Position numbers and translations under genes: made by a program
Source: Lingula anatina
Lineage: Eukaryota; Animalia; Brachiopoda
NCBI GenBank assembly: GCA_051362555.1
Contig: CM120641.1
Coordinates: 22,258,001 to 22,322,000 of the forward strand
DNA length: 64,000 nucleotides
Direction of reading: 5' to 3'
Part shown: positions 43,101-51,843 of the stretch, piece by piece
How positions within the stretch are numbered: position 1 is the stretch's first letter
How the letters are laid out: each line of letters starts with the position of its first letter
Notes under the pieces: model-generated
Told to the model about the DNA's origin: nothing
The model's database searches: none
What the model saw: only the letters and a program-made list of their open reading frames with translations

Positions 43101-46100
43101 TTTTGACCAAAACGAAGAGTTATTATCCCTTTAAATTTAAAAAAATGTTAAATTCTCTTTATTCCATTTGATTACTATCAACACGAGAACTTGCTTTAAC
43201 AGAGTCATCCATATTCTCCTTTGAAGTTGCCGTGTATAAATGATGGACGATTTAGCCACTGTCCCGTACCCATGTGTACCACGAATTACCTCAATGCGCA
43301 ACATACCTTTAAGTAAATGTTTTTTATTTAATGCGACGTGTATTACAGATATTTATACATGTAGATTGCATTCTCCTTTTTTTACACAGGCAACGCCGTT
43401 TGGCTCGGGGGTTGTGAATATGCAGAACTGACAGACACGGTAGATTTGCCTAATTGCCTGGGAGACCTCTCCACCTGTACAGAGGGGTTCACATTCTCCT
43501 TTTGGATTAAGAGAACTGAAAATACGTCGTCGTCGCCAGGTGAGTCGTAGTGCGAGTCTCTTGCAATATGCATATACTTACAAAGATATACGCGTTTATA
43601 TTAGTTTGTACGCGTTAAACAGATACCGATTTTGCTGTAGTTGCCTGGTATTTGTTATATAAAGATAATAGAATTTTTGATATATGCATATTTCATATTG
43701 ATTCAAACTTTGACATGAAAAGTTACAACGTTTAAATTTTAACTTTAAAATAGAATACAATAATTAATATCTCTGAACAAGATGGGTATATTTCCTAGAT
43801 CTATATTTTCTAAACAAAAAAAAAAAAAAAAAAATGGTGAACTAAAGAAGTGAACCAACATTATAGTAGTTCGGCGGTTACTGGTTAGAATGCCAATGAT
43901 TGTTTCAGTCAGTGCAGTTGTCCTCTCCAGTTTAAGAGGGTTCGATGCTTGTGACAACCCAGGCAATGCAAACGGTTTCTTCATTTGTTTGAACTCGCAT
44001 CCAAGTCAGGGGATTCACCTTTGGGTCCACGTACAGCGCCAAGATAGTACGTATGAGTTCCAAATGAATGTTTCTTAACTAATAGACATAATGCTAGTGT
44101 TTGAATGCTTAGAACTGTTTTGTGTTTACATTTGGTTCCTTTACCCATATGGCCGAGAAACCTTTTGCCAAGCCTTTGTTAAATAGAGTTTTTTAATCGT
44201 TTTGACTAACACACACACTCACGCGCGCACGCACAACACACACACTCACTCACACACACACACACACACACACACCATTCACAGAAAATTGCCGAATCTT
44301 GTATTTCTACTCCGTTTATGCAATATTCTAGAGGCATGGGAAAATCTGTAGGCGCAAAATACCACGTGAAACGCTTTATGATCGCATTCTAATTTTTTCT
44401 TAGTGTCCTTCGTCCCTTCCATCATAGTTTTGCACTCAACACATCTCCATTGACTATATCCTCTCTTTCATATGCCTCTCAAATTTTGATGTTTTTGTTG
44501 CAATTTTTTCTATAATATGGCATACTTTAATTATATAATGGTTACCAAGCACACAGTTGGCTTGGGTTCTTAAGGAAATAAGCAAAAATATTCTCTTTAC
44601 ATTTGAATTGGGCCTATTTCAAGTGCTATGATGAGATCATTTATTCGTTATAATACAGGGGCGGAAAATATGAGTCTTTATTTACTAAGAGCGCATTCAG
44701 AACAGAGGCCTAACATATATGGCGACCCACTAAAAAGCTTGTCCCTTAATTCCCGATTAGTCACTGAATAGACTCCTCGCGGGGATTACGCAACAAACAT
44801 TCAAGTGGGTCGGCCATATTTGATCCGTCTGTTAGTCCGTTGTTCTGGATGCGCTCTAAGACTCTGCATAAACGAATAAATGCCAAGTTTAGGTATAAAC
44901 ATAGATATATATTATTAAACCTTTTTTATAACTCTCAGATGCCTGGGTATTAGAAAGCCACCAATTACAGCCGGACGCGTGGCATCACGTGATGGTCATG
45001 TGGAGCCTGGAGTCTTTGCTGTTGTCTGTCAACGGAACCAGGCAGACGCAAGACGCACCTTTCTCAAAGTTGACGTCAACGGGACAGACTATAGTTCAGC
45101 TCGGCGGTGAAGCGTCCATGGTTTGTGATTGCTATTTAGACATTTCTTGTGGTGCCTATCTCCTGGACGACCTTAGATACTGGGGTTACAGACTAAATGA
45201 ATCAGATGAGCAAATACTTAAAGGTACTTAACCACCATTGGTTGTATTGTGTAAAGAAGCTCCAGTAAACCTTGCCAAACAGCGTAATGAATTAAGTGTT
45301 ACTTGTAACTGCTTCACTTTATAAAGAAATCTTTTTATACAAGGAAAATTCAGATATTGTGGCAAAATGTTTGGCCGTATTAAATAGGCTGAAGGTTCAA
45401 ATATTGTGGCAAAAATGTCGGTACTTTTGTAGTATACCCCCCCCCCCCCCACCCTGTAACTTTAGCTTTTCAAATAGTTTTTTACAGTTTTTTTACATTT
45501 TCTTGTTCATCTATGTCAAAACTGTTTAAATAAAATGTTTTTGTAATTACCTGTGGTCTTTTTCAAGTTTTAATCAAGTTTAATCCAGCCCATTGAAATA
45601 CAATGTGAGAATCTACCATGCATCTTGCAGTCAATAACTTGCCGCATTTTCATTGGCTAACTCTAAGGTTACATGACTTTCAGTTTTGACTTGTACTATA
45701 GACAGTGGGGAAAACACATTTGAAAATTGTTTTAAAGAAATTCAGTAAATATTAAAAGGATTATGAAGCTTCTGTAATGTCCCACCATTATAAAACATTT
45801 TGTTTTCTCAATGGAAATAAAAACTTGAAGTCAACATCAGTCCCTTTTTATTATTCATGTTCTTTCTTAACATAATCAGATTTATACATTGTATACTTGG
45901 ACTTCCTCTGTGAAATTTGTTAGCTTCTTGTTCACATGAAATCATTTTCACATAATAGGGATGATAAGTACAAAACTTGAGTCTGGCAAGTCATGTAGCC
46001 TTAGAGTTAGCCAATGAAAACGCGGAAAGTTATTGACTGCAAGATGCATGGTAGATTCTCACAATGTATTTCAATGGGCTGGATTAAACTTGATTAAAAC

Positions 46101-49100
46101 TCGAAAAAGACCACAGGTAATTACAAAAGCATTTTATTTAAATAGCTTTGACATAGATGAACAAGAAAATTTAAAAAGCTGTTTGAAAAGTGAAAGTTAC
46201 AGAAAGTTACAGGGTGGGGTGGTATACTACAAAAGTACCAAAATGTCCTCTGTTTGCAAAATGTTTGAAGAAGATTGAATGTACGACCTATAGACCTGGT
46301 TGACTATGCCGGTGAGTTTCACTTATAAAAATTACAATTTTTTTCTTATAGGGTATACGTGTCTGGATAAAAATCTAGTCATGACTGGAGCCCACAGTGG
46401 CAAATGCTATCTCGTGTCTCCAACAGTAGCATCATCTCAACACTCTGGATCTTCAAAGTAAGCTAACTTGGTGTTTATTTCAATAAAATATTTTATCATG
46501 TTTCATTTTTCTTATGACAGTTGTGTTGAAAAGTTACATTTCGTGGTTAAATGTGTGGATATAGCTGATTATACGATACTCTATCATGATCTAAGTGGTT
46601 TATTTCATTGGTTATCGTTTTAAAAAAAATGACTTTTCAAGTATTTTACCTTCATTTTCATTTTTCAAGGTGTCAAAATGAGGGGTTTTGTGGTTACCTA
46701 GCAAAGATTGGAACACTGCAGGAGAATTCTTTTGTATACAGTCTGTTGTAAGTATATATATACTTGGCTTTTTAATCATAGTTTTTAATTCAAGTCAAAT
46801 TGTCATACCCTGGACTCAGTACATCTTTATGGATAATGTTACTTTACTGGCTTAATTCTAAGAAATTAACTTCTAAAGATTTATTTCAAAATATGAGGCA
46901 TAGAGGTTGATGTTTCATTCGTTGGTGGCGTAGAACAAAATATTCTACTTGTAAAATTAAATCGATCTCTGGAAACCTGCTAGGTCGCCAAAATATATAA
47001 AAAGTGTGTGGATTATTGGAGGCACGAAAATCGCTGGTACAGTTATACGGATCAATAGTAATTTCTCATATATATGCCTATCAGGGTTTGGCGACCATTT
47101 AACCTTAGCCTTTCATGGGTGGTAAAAAAGTAGCAGTGTTCTGTAAATAAGGCCAAATTAAAAATATCGAAAATTTGAGAATGATGTTATTAATCAAATT
47201 AATACCCTTCCAAGCATGACCCCTACGTACACGCAATTCCAGGAATGCTTCCGGCTCTTCATACAAGGACTACTGGATAGCAAATCCATCCACCTATTCT
47301 TATTATGCGGCTGGCGTTTCCCGTTCTGGTGGCGAATGCACGGTGAGCGGCAAACGACACGGCGGAGTTTGGCAGACTAAAAGCTGTGCCTCCACTGATA
47401 CACGCTATGTTTGTGAGAGAGATGGTAAGTAAAATACAAAACCCCTGCAATAATCTAAAGGATATGTAAGCGAGGCTAATTGGCCAGTTTGTATCAATTG
47501 AAAAACTTTTAGCGAGAGATTAAATGAACTTCTGTTAAATGGTGCAATGGTAGAAATGTTACCTTGATGATAATTGTATCCCTAATTATTTTCCATCATT
47601 TTAGAAGGAGTGAATATGCAATCGATAATAAAGAATAAGACGTAATAAGGTCCACAATCATAAGTCTCACGCTGACAATTTGCTTCTTAAAATACCCTCT
47701 CTTTACAGGCTACCCTTGCCTTAGTGCTCCGACGATGCCAAACAATGTAGAGTATTCTGTTCAATATGGCGACGATGTGAACCACAACAACTGCTATCCC
47801 TCGGGGACTGTGATAACTCTTCTACGATGTAGGACGGACTACGTGCCAGGGCTAAATGACAGCGACGTTCTCTCAAGTGTTTGTTTGGCAAACGGCGTTT
47901 GGTCTCATCAGTTTCCTACCAGTTTGGCATGCCAGATATACAGTAAGTCGTGTACAAATTGTGTATAATAAAAAGGCTATTGTGCGAGTAAAAAATTGCC
48001 ACAGTATCATTTAAAAAGGTATCTTTAATAACCCCAAACAATCAGTCCATAAAGAATCAATCGCTGGTTCAGGTTCCCGTAAATAGCCAGTATCACTTCT
48101 GGAACATTTTCAGTTCTCCACTTTAGTTATAAAGTACAAATGGAAAACGCATTTTTTTTCTTTTCATTTTTTTTCAATGTTAACCGATCTTATTATTGTC
48201 AAAATGCATAAATATCTAGGTTTGAAATGCTCTTTATCTATTCAAATCAGCCTCTGTATTCTCAAAACAGTAAATTGTTCAATATCGACCACATCATCCA
48301 TTGATTTCTTAATGCCCAGCACATGCAAGGATTATCGATCAAAATGATACTCAAACGTCTTTTTTACGCGAACGAAAGGTTGTACATAATTCTTCATTAT
48401 TTTTTATTTTTTTGTTTTGATCCTTGTTTTGTGCACGGATCAACACGATCTACAATAGGCCCTATAAGTAATGATTTGATATCGAAATGACGGCTTTTAT
48501 GGCAATTTCTGAATTCCACCCAGTATTGAAGTTTATTGGTGGTTTAATTGATTTACATAAGTATTATAATGTGCAAAATATTTTAGGTCCCGCCAACAAC
48601 GACACTACAACAGTTAGCAGTATTTTATCAAGCACCGCCGGAACCAGTGCAGGAGGTGGTGGCGGAGGAGTTGGCAGTGGTGGCGGAGGAGTTGGTGGTG
48701 GCGGAGGAGTTGGCAGTGGTGGCGGAGAAGTTGGCAGTGGTGGCGGAGGAGGACTGGTCACGAACATCTTGGCCGAGGACAGCACACTATCAAGTCTTGG
48801 TACGTCTATTTGCATGTTCTTCAAAGATTATTTTGGTTACTATTCTCACAACTTGCAAGGATGGATAGATGACAGGTATTTGGAAGTGTACTCGTTATTT
48901 TGCTCGGACGATTTACAATGCTGTCAGGTATGGCGGTATGTGTATTAATATTTCAGTTTAAGTTTCAATTGTTTCAGAGATGACATCTTCGAGCAACTAC
49001 GTTATCTTCAGCACGACGGGGTCCAGCTACCACCCATTTAGCCAAAACCCCACAACAACAACAACCACAGCCCAACTGAATACTGTTAGCACTCCGTCAA

Positions 49101-51843
49101 GCATAGGCGCCAGTTCATCATACAGCACCAGCATCGGTGAGACCACTGGCACCACTGCACCCTCAGGTAATTGAAGAATACGGAATGATGTCTCAAACAG
49201 AATTTCAGCGGTTGACCACGTTTTAAACCAACTGGTTGTCCGACCATTTGATATTGGGTGCCCTTTTGTAATAGTGCGATTTTCTGTGGTGTTTAAGAAG
49301 TGCCCAGTAACTAGAAAAGCATCTAGAGAGAGCAGACCTCTACCAAGATTTCTCAATTATCTATGTTACGCAATCGGTGCGAATTATTTTCCACAAAGAA
49401 ATAACGACTCTATCTAGAAAAGCCATTGTTTCAAAATTTTCATCAAACTAAAAACAACATTAAAGACTTGCAATCATTTAATATAAAATATATTTAGATC
49501 GCACAGTGTAAACCATATGCCTATCTTTGCAACAAATGATCCAGGTACGAATTTCTTTTTTTGTTCCAGACTTCCAAACAAGCACAGAAACTACCTCATT
49601 CACAACCCAAACTGCGACCACGACCCAGGATCCCACCCTATGTCCTTACCTACACTACACCAACGCTACAGTAAACACGCGCTTTAGGATGGTGGGCACG
49701 GTGGCCATTGTGACATGTGTCCAGGGGTTCCTCTTCCCTGACTTCACTCTCGAGAAGACATTAACTTGTGGGGCTAGTCGGCAGTGGGAGCCACCTGCAG
49801 TTGACTGCCAACGTAAGTTTTTCAGATCGCACGCTCTTTAAATTTGAAATAAATTTTGAATTTGAAATTTGACCATCCATGCAAACTACATGTAACTTAT
49901 ACACAACTCAGTTTGAATGGGCCGCAATATCGAGGGACTGACACTGTTGGGGATGCTAAAATTATTGAACGCTGACTGCAGGTTGGTCACATTTACAGAC
50001 TCCACGCTAGATTGTTTTTAAACATATACTTTATTTATGCATAATTACGATGTGTCAGTTGGAATTAGATATCGATTTTCAAATAAAATAAAAATTTGAC
50101 TTTATTTTCAAAATTGTCACAGAATTTAAGCTAGAAGACTACAAGATCTCACTATATTCTTCAAGTGTAGTAAATATATATTTTCTTGGCTCCCCTCGTT
50201 GTGCTGTACAATATATATATATATATAGTAGTGTTATAAGAACGGTAGTCCTAGGAATTCATGTCAAGTGAGGATCGAATGTTTTTAGCACAGGGTTAGT
50301 CGGAGTATTGGGGTAAATATATGGGGAGAAATGTCACCTGTACAAAGTAAAGGGGAACTAACTAATGCTACATGTATTAGTGGACTACCATTCCTGTACC
50401 ATGGGCTTAATGTCGTTATTGTATGTCTGCAGGCTACTGCCCCCCTATCGCCGCCGACCACACCATACCCAGAGTGAACTACACCGATCCTGGGGTCAGG
50501 GTTAGCTTCCAATGTGAGATCTACCATACATTTCCCAACGTCTCTCTAAGACATGATATAACATGTGGGTATGACGGGACATGGAATGATACGGTTCCTG
50601 CTTGTGCTGGTGGGTTACATTAACAATATATATATATAATAATCAATAATGAAGCAATAAAAACATGTTATTTATCTAATACAGACTGTCAAAACTGCTA
50701 CAATGATAAAGTACATAATGTTTTATTTTGACAGATAAGGTCCTTCCCAATACATCATTGCACATAATTACATGTATACATTGAATGATGTGAGAATAAG
50801 GGCTGTAACAGATTGTTCATCATTGCTGTATATTACTCTTAAATTATGCATTGAACTGAATTTTTAATTTAATTGTACATGTAGCACAAACGTTTAAGTG
50901 CAGAGACCAACTTTCGTGTACATGTTGTATGTAATAAGTGATAGCATAATCAACACGTAGTGTTTCGAGAAAATAGATAATCAAATCCTGCAACTTCCGT
51001 AAAATTCAAGAACAAGCCAACTGAGTTCCAGAATCTGATTTATGTCTATTCCTGATTTCAGTTCTACTGGATGATTAAGAACATTCAGTAATTCAGCAGC
51101 TAGTGATAAATGCCACAGATAACTTGTCATTTGCTGAAATTCTTTCGGGTTTTTTATCACTTTTCAGAAATCACCAACTGCCCTGTCTTACCGAACATCA
51201 CCAACGCTGTTCCTGTCTCTGACAACACTTCCGTCGGTGTCACTGTTCAATACCAATGTCTGAATAACATGACATTTGCTGATGATCTACCCACGCGATC
51301 CACCTCTTGTGGCAGAGATGGGAAATGGCATCCGAAACTGGTGGTTGGTTGCTCTGGTAAGTATTTCCTATGTCTTCTGTTTTTTAAAAGTAATTCTTTG
51401 GCAGTTGGACATAATTTCCGTTTACTGATTAGGTCACCGTTGTATTACGTATACTCTATGGTTTCATGAGGAATACATGTACATAACAGACTCCCACATT
51501 TACAGTTACGGTCGAAATTCTTTCAAGTATCCTTGATGCACTTTTTCATATTTACGGACTAAGATGTGTATACCCCCACGCCCTATAAGATTTTTAAAAA
51601 ATACAAATTATTAAATGATATCATGACATATTTGTAGGGGAATCGTTCAGGTTTGTGCCTCGATCCAGGAAGCACGCCATAGACCCTGTGGAGGCGCCCG
51701 GGGCCCCGGCTATAGGATCTTTGGGAATTATATTCGTGGTGACTTTGCTCGTGGGGATCGTCCTTTTGGATACTACGACGCTATTCAAACAATTACGTTT
51801 GATGAAACGAAACCTTAGTCGATTTTTGATTAAAAAGAGATAA
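5755..51843 (+). CDS. Large mosaic type-I membrane protein (SP-LamG-kringle-FN2x2-(CUB-TSP1)x6-CUB-LamG[LCCLx2]-LamG-CTL-sushi-stalk-sushi x3-TM); 52 coding exons, ~2,897 aa if all are joined
   Basis: Hand-built chain of GT-AG exons with consistent phases, summing to 8,694 nt from ATG 5755 to TAA 51843. Domains were recognised from Cys/Trp motifs. The donor at 34880 is weak, and the 5' exons may be used as alternatives. Confidence 0.8.
6611..7270 (+). CDS. LamG/concanavalin-A-like domain exon
   Basis: [16 protein letters not shown] start and [12 protein letters not shown] end are typical of LamG-3/ConA-like domains; ttcacag| acceptor, |gtaag donor, phase 1-1. Confidence 0.75.
7374..9034 (+). 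mobile_element. Decayed Tc1/mariner element (~1.66 kb)
   Basis: TIRs CAGACTTGACATTTAATATGGAATATTT / AAATATTCCATATTAAATGTCAAGTCTG flanked by TA; remnant [16 protein letters not shown] corresponds to the Tc1 WPxxSPDLNPIEN motif. Confidence 0.85.
10045..10338 (+). CDS. Kringle domain exon
   Basis: [42 protein letters not shown]; phase 1-1. Confidence 0.95.
10406..10613. repeat. Small inverted-repeat element (MITE-like), next to (CT)n
   Basis: TTGGACCCCGGGGTAACTTGGCCCCC / GGGGGCCAACTTACCCCGGGGTCCAA. Confidence 0.7.
11396..11606. repeat. Small inverted-repeat element (MITE-like)
   Basis: CTTTACACTGGACGGCGTCCTTTCTGC / GCAGAAAGGACGCCGTCCAGTGTAAAG, perfect 27-bp arms. Confidence 0.75.
12594..13610 (+). 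repeat. Diverged tandem duplication (~330-bp unit); first copy interrupted by the MITE at 12818
   Basis: TGCAAGAACAGAACTGTACAACCTCGACT at 12594 and 13278; TGAATTTGGTTGCATTTCC and TTGTTTCTTCGTGAATAAT occur in both copies. Confidence 0.75.
12818..13149. mobile_element. TTAA MITE, family A copy 2 (more diverged)
   Basis: Shares internal sequence (CCATACTTACCAATGGTTAATGAATCC, CTATAACTGCCGTTTTTGTGG) and TTAA flanks with copy 1. Confidence 0.85.
13869..13923 (+). CDS. Alternative signal-peptide exon 2 ([18 protein letters not shown])
   Basis: ATG plus 18 codons, hydrophobic, V-x-G cleavage pattern, phase-1 donor G|gtaaa. Splices in frame to the FN2 exon at 14131; paralogous to 17509-17569. Confidence 0.75.
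14131..14289 (+). CDS. Fibronectin type II domain exon A
   Basis: [43 protein letters not shown]; 159 nt, phase 1-1. Confidence 0.93.
15050..15780 (+). mobile_element. Highly decayed Tc1-like transposase remnant
   Basis: Scattered Tc1-like peptides: [37 protein letters not shown]. Ends not defined. Confidence 0.55.
16371..16416. repeat. (AT)n microsatellite; others: (CT)n 10367-10405, (ATT)n ~22590-22643, (AAT)n ~31309-31345, (AATAT)n 32501-32550, (AT)n(GT)n ~33201-33274, (CT)n(CA)n ~33699-33740
   Basis: Directly visible simple repeats. Confidence 0.95.
17509..17569 (+). CDS. Alternative signal-peptide exon 3 ([20 protein letters not shown])
   Basis: ATG plus 20 codons, hydrophobic, I-x-G end, phase-1 donor G|gtagg. 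Shares cagatATG...TTCTCGGAG|gta with exon 13869. Confidence 0.75.
17964..18122 (+). CDS. Fibronectin type II domain exon B (missing from the ORF track)
   Basis: [53 protein letters not shown]; 159 nt, phase 1-1. Confidence 0.92.
   Translation: MKRCKQPTAERAFSHSSTRAIATAPVSPLTSAILGVPLHPVMIEIINGEHVY
20741..20791 (+). CDS. Thr-rich linker exon ([17 protein letters not shown]), probable first constant exon
   Basis: Strong polypyrimidine tract, gcag| acceptor and |gtgag donor; phase 1-1. Confidence 0.8.
21788..21993. repeat. Hairpin MITE-like element
   Basis: GCAGGCCAACCCAACAACCAGACTCGGCACATAAGGAT / ATCCTTATGTGCCGAGTCTGGTAGTTGGGTAGGCCTGC, with an inner CGGAGTATC..CAGAACA / TGTTCTG..GATACTCCG stem. 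Confidence 0.72.
22689..24023 (+). CDS. CUB1 (exons 22689-22867, 23206-23371) + TSP1-1 (23835-24023)
   Basis: [27 protein letters not shown]/..YC..FLSD..GFTATY; [22 protein letters not shown]. Confidence 0.9.
24484..25779 (+). CDS. CUB2 (24484-24668, 25071-25218) + TSP1-2 (25582-25779)
   Basis: [28 protein letters not shown]/..KFCG..GFNITY; [22 protein letters not shown]. Confidence 0.92.
26493..28542 (+). CDS. CUB3 (26493-26677, 27108-27252) + TSP1-3 (28342-28542)
   Basis: [25 protein letters not shown]/..[18 protein letters not shown]; [22 protein letters not shown]. Confidence 0.93.
27613..28018. mobile_element. DINE-1/HINE-like (Helentron-associated) repeat; 5' fragment recurs at ~49309-49347
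   Basis: AACTAG..GAGAGCGCAGACCTCCGC..AAGG start, internal GATCTGGATCACC duplication, (ACAG)n/(AAAC)n microsatellite, GAAAACATAACCTCCTTGG end. Confidence 0.6.
29083..30722 (+). CDS. CUB4 (29083-29267, 29721-29865) + TSP1-4 (30522-30722); duplicate of unit 3
   Basis: Same exon lengths (185/145/201) as unit 3 and very high nucleotide identity. Confidence 0.93.
29417..29572. repeat. Hairpin MITE-like element
   Basis: CCAGGGCCCC..AACTCGATAGCATCACGCATTGCG / CGCAATACGCGATGCTTTCGAGTT..GGGGACCTGG. Confidence 0.6.
30993..32098 (+). CDS. CUB5 (30993-31183, 31407-31551) + TSP1-5 (31913-32098)
   Basis: [27 protein letters not shown]/..LCGTSLP..FESD..GFEAFY; [22 protein letters not shown]. Confidence 0.92.
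32299..33677 (+). CDS. CUB6 (32299-32480, 33004-33151) + shortened TSP1-6 (33546-33677)
   Basis: [57 protein letters not shown]; [22 protein letters not shown]. Confidence 0.88.
32643..33026 (+). repeat. ~60-bp minisatellite whose last unit supplies the CUB6b splice acceptor
   Basis: Recurring TTTACA(G/C)ATCAYGYCACTGGATCCTC at ~32659, 32752, 32816, 32876, 32936 and 32998. Confidence 0.8.
33852..34439 (+). CDS. CUB7 (33852-34030, 34289-34439)
   Basis: [29 protein letters not shown]../..[15 protein letters not shown]. Confidence 0.88.
34749..36970 (+). CDS. N-terminal half of LamG/pentraxin-like domain A (exons 34749-~34880, 36806-36970)
   Basis: YLPM..; [31 protein letters not shown]. Parallels exons 42571 and 43390 of domain B. 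The donor at 34880 (A|gtcggt) is weak. Confidence 0.7.
34935..36601 (-). mobile_element. Tc1-family DNA transposon with frameshifted transposase (~1.67 kb)
   Basis: TIRs CAGGGTTGCTACTTAATATGGAATATT / AATATTCCATATTAAGTGGTAACCCTG with TA target duplication; fragments [49 protein letters not shown]. Confidence 0.93.
37068..38994 (+). CDS. LCCL domain 1 (exons 37068-37131, 37555-37621, 38273-38409, 38954-38994)
   Basis: [25 protein letters not shown]....[21 protein letters not shown]; internal phases 2,0,2. Confidence 0.88.
39448..41034 (+). CDS. LCCL domain 2 (exons 39448-39517, 39943-40009, 40552-40694, 40982-41034)
   Basis: [46 protein letters not shown]; same intron pattern as LCCL1. Confidence 0.9.
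41256..41986 (+). CDS. C-terminal half of LamG-like domain A (41256-41375, 41699-41986)
   Basis: [15 protein letters not shown]../[26 protein letters not shown]; homologous to the [16 protein letters not shown] exon of domain B. Confidence 0.75.
42571..45223 (+). CDS. LamG/pentraxin-like domain B, uninterrupted (42571-42681, 43390-43539, 43909-44046, 44939-45223)
   Basis: YLPMD../[26 protein letters not shown]../..[24 protein letters not shown]. Confidence 0.82.
42794..43130. mobile_element. TTAA MITE, family A copy 3 (inverted)
   Basis: Reverse complement of copy 1 with intact AGGGATAATAACTCTTC TIRs. Confidence 0.87.
44689..44857. repeat. Hairpin MITE-like element
   Basis: AGAGCGCATTCAGAACA..CTAACA / TGTTAG..TGTTCTGGATGCGCTCT. 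Confidence 0.6.
45420..46239. mobile_element. Foldback / Mutator-like non-autonomous element
   Basis: ~270-bp inverted arms (GGTACTTTTGTAGTATACC... / ...GGTATACTACAAAAGTACC); 8-bp direct repeat AAAATGTC at 45412-45419 and 46240-46247. Confidence 0.85.
46352..47424 (+). CDS. C-type lectin-like domain (46352-46457, 46670-46747, 47243-47424)
   Basis: GKCYLVS../[21 protein letters not shown]/..YWIA..ECTV..WQTKSC..RYVCER; internal phases 2,2. Confidence 0.85.
47709..47942 (+). CDS. Sushi/CCP domain 1
   Basis: [33 protein letters not shown]. Confidence 0.8.
48587..49166 (+). CDS. Gly-rich (48587-48799) and Ser/Thr-rich (48978-49166) stalk exons
   Basis: (GGGGVGS)n followed by a mucin-like S/T run; both exons phase 1-1 with good splice sites. 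Confidence 0.8.
49570..51356 (+). CDS. Sushi/CCP domains 2-4 (49570-49812, 50433-50609, 51168-51356)
   Basis: [29 protein letters not shown]; [23 protein letters not shown]; [25 protein letters not shown]. Confidence 0.92.
51638..51843 (+). CDS. Terminal exon: transmembrane helix and short basic tail
   Basis: ..[50 protein letters not shown]; AATAAA at 52005-52010. Confidence 0.88.

Noticed and set aside
46984-47057. Possible CTL exon reading KSVWIIGG (WIGL-like)
   Set aside because: Weak acceptor, and its phase-1 end does not fit the phase-2 exon at 47243, which already supplies YWIA.
48564-48824. Minus-strand Pro-rich ORF (extensin/formin-like)
   Set aside because: It is the antisense reading of the Gly-rich coding repeat, whose plus-strand exon has proper splice sites.
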